The notes under the pieces: model-generated
What the model was told of the DNA's origin: nothing
Databases searched by the model: none
What the model saw: only the letters and a program-made list of their open reading frames with translations
Shown here: in pieces, positions 61,590-64,000 of the stretch
Position numbering within the stretch: position 1 is the stretch's first letter
Layout: each line of letters begins with the position of its first letter
DNA from: Camelus dromedarius
Taxonomy: Eukaryota
Length of the DNA stretch: 64,000 nt
Direction: 5' to 3'
Assembly: GCF_036321535.1 (NCBI RefSeq)
Contig: NC_087462.1
Span: 10,974,001-11,038,000, forward strand
Made by a program: the position numbers and the translations under genes

Positions 61590-62060
61590 GGCGCCACAAG
61601 GCCTCGCAGGATTCAGGGCTTCGCTCAGCCCCGATTTGAATCTCGGCGCCAAAGCAGCCGCAGGGGCGCGATCTCATTCACGTCTCAGAGTCTGCACGTC
61701 CTCACCTGTAACACGGCACAAGGACCGTCACTGCCCCGTCACTTCACTCCTAAATGTCGCCGTTATCACCCCCTTGCCGGACAGATTAGGAGTTTCGGGG
61801 AAACTGTCAATGACTGAAGTCCAGAACTTTCACAGTGGGTCCAAGGAGGGGAAACAGGTTTCCTGAGGGGACAACTGCTCCCTCTCCGAGCCTCAGTTTC
61901 GCTGCTAACAGCTCGGGGAACCAAAACCCAGACCCGGAACCGCGTCAACACTGCGCAGGCGCAGTGTTACTCAGGTTCGCCCAGCCCGCGCTCCCGGGGC
62001 GCGGTTTATTTTGAGCCCCGCCCCCTCAGCGCCCACCTCTTAAAGGGCCCTTGTCCAGTG
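61590..62060 (-). promoter_or_regulatory. NR2C2AP: NR2C2AP CpG-rich promoter/5' UTR
   Basis: CpG-rich; NRF1 motif TGCGCAGGCGCA at 61952-61963; GC box ccccgcccc near 62016. Confidence 0.75.
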
Positions 62061-63284
62061 ATTGCGTGTCCCTCGGAGTTGGAGGAAGAAGGCTGGCACC
62101 TAAAGCAAATGTGTTACGACTGTGTACGGGGCGCTGTCCTTTGGTGCCCGCGGGTATAGAGCACTAGTTTTGGAGTCCGAGAGATTTCTTATAATGATGT
62201 CTTCCTACCGGCAAAATGAAGTCGGCCGGATTCATTCCTTAACTGCAACTGGAGCCTGGGAACCCCTGCACCTCACTGCCTCCCAGAGGCCGAAGGAAGA
62301 GTTGAGGAAGAAGCCAAGATGTTGCGAGTACTGGGAGTCTTTATCAGCCTCATGTGTCCCCAAATCCGTCTTCTCAGTTAATGCTGCCAGGGACAGGCGT
62401 CTTGGAGGAGGGGGAATGCGAGGTGGATTTTGAAGGATGAACAGGAGTTTACCAAACCGGATTACACAAAGCCTCAGATACATGGCTAAAGATTTGTTTC
62501 ACTGATTCATTAAACAACTGCCACTCCCTTACTGCCCAGTCCTGTCCTGGGTGATGCTGGAGAATGAGAGAGGCCTCAGCTCCAGCCCCATACCTGAGGA
62601 TCTCCCAATGTGGGTAAGCTAGACATATACACTCTCGGCCCTATGGGGCCAGGGCTGAGCCAGGGGGGAGAGAGAGAGCTGGGATAGCAGGGGCTATACT
62701 TGGAGAGAGGGTTTCCTGGGAGAGGCGATATTAGGCCTGCACTTTAATGGATGGGCAGAAATTCACCAGGGTGAGGAAAATGGGGAGAGAGGCGTAGGCA
62801 GGGAGAACAGCATAAGCAAAGGCCTGGTTGGATGAAAGACCATGAATTTGAATAAAATATGTGGAGCCAGATCCTGCTAGGCCTAAAGCAGTCACGGAAG
62901 GTGTTTGAGAAAGGGCGGTTCACCATCCAGTCTGCATGAATGGAGGGCTCTGAAACAGAGCAGCCACTGGCAGGAGGTTGCAGTTCCTGGCTTTAACGGA
63001 ATGGTCTGGGATCCAACCCCTTTTTTCAAGGGCTAGGGGAATGGTCCTCCTGGCATCCTACTAGTGTCTGGCCAAGTCCACACCAGGAGTGGGGGCTGGC
63101 TGGGAAACTGGGACACCAGCGGAAGGGCCACACCATCAGCCCCTGCCTGCCAGGACTTCTTGCATTCAGTCATGGCCTGGTGCCATTCAGACCTCGTTCT
63201 GCTCGTCTCAGGGCCGGGGCTGGGGGTGTCAAAAAAACACCTCCCTACCTACCCCTGGAGGAATTTAGGAAGAGCGTGGACTCC

Positions 63285-63480
63285 AGAGGGCTTAGATCTG
63301 GTTCAAATCCTGGTTGGGTCACTCACTCATGAGCTGTGTGATCTTGGACAAGTATGTTGAGCTCTCTGAACCTCAGTTTCCTCATCTGTGAAATGGAGGG
63401 GATTCTATTTACAGGACTGCTGGAGAATTCAGTGGGCGCTTCAGGCTGACACATAACAACAGTGGCTGACCTTTGTTGAG
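63285..63480. mobile_element. MIR SINE
   Basis: ggttcaaatcctgg...gctgtgtgatcttggacaagt...ctctctgaacctcagtttcctcatctgtgaaatgg. Confidence 0.8.
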
Positions 63481-64000
63481 AGCCTACTCTGTGTTTAAGT
63501 TGAAGCCACGTTTTGTCTTCATCCATTAAAAACCTGACTCATTAAACCTGCTGTGCTGGTCCCAGTCACCACATTTTACAGCTGAGGATATGTATAGCCG
63601 CTTGGTCAAGGTTCCCAGGGACGATATGCATGGCCCCAGGGCCCTTCTTGCCACTCCTGGTCTTGGCATGGAGCCACCTCACCCATTGGGATGAAGCCAG
63701 CCTCATACCCTCTTCCCACCTCCCCACCCCACCGGCGCCTGGGCATGAAAGAGCCTCCTGTTTCTCCAAGGAATTAGCAGCTCTAAGCTCCCAGCAGGGC
63801 AGCCAAAAGTGGTCCATTCATCAGAGTGAGAGGAGACTAGGCACTCCCTCCCCCCTCACCCCAGGGGACGGGGTAGAGAGAGCTCTAGAAGAGCAGGAGC
63901 TGCAACTCTGGTTTAGTGAGGGAAACTGAGGCACAGAGAAGACATTTGGCTGAGGTCACCCAGGGGAACCGGGATTCAAGCCCTAGTCTGACTCTGTAGT

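Noticed and set aside
62100-64000. Possible start of NCAN (next gene by synteny)
   Set aside because: No exon or promoter recognisable; the region is L2/MIR-rich intergenic DNA.

Overview
Mammalian genomic DNA, not prokaryotic, with three N-gaps. It is most likely camelid: the tRNA-Ala-headed SINE copies and the L1 3' ends resemble camel/alpaca elements. The window is the orthologue of the human 19p13.11 block. It contains the presumed 3' UTR of SLC25A42 (+; assigned by synteny only), TMEM161A (-, 12 coding exons, 479 aa), MEF2B (-, 8 coding exons plus a non-coding exon 1, 368 aa), BORCS8 (-, 5 coding exons, 119 aa), RFXANK (+, 8 coding exons, 259 aa, head-to-head with BORCS8) and NR2C2AP (-, 5 exons, 140 aa, tail-to-tail with RFXANK). 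I joined all exons by hand, and each chain gives a continuous frame with a terminal stop. The rest is SINE, L1, L2, MIR, MLT and MER3 repeats plus CpG-rich promoters. Most notable: (1) two minor-spliceosome (U12) introns, one AT-AC in NR2C2AP and one GT-AG in TMEM161A; (2) a candidate Ig-promoter-like octamer/TATA alternative promoter, a tandem MEF2-site pair and a second octamer/E-box/ETS cluster inside MEF2B intron 1, together suggesting an autoregulatory B-cell circuit; (3) a dual-frame MEF2B last exon whose alternative frame has no stop before the polyA signal; (4) an in-frame BORCS8 exon 1 to MEF2B exon 2 splice possibility; (5) an unidentified 375-bp retroposed element with a perfect 19-bp target-site duplication. 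Human comparisons are from memory; no database search was run.
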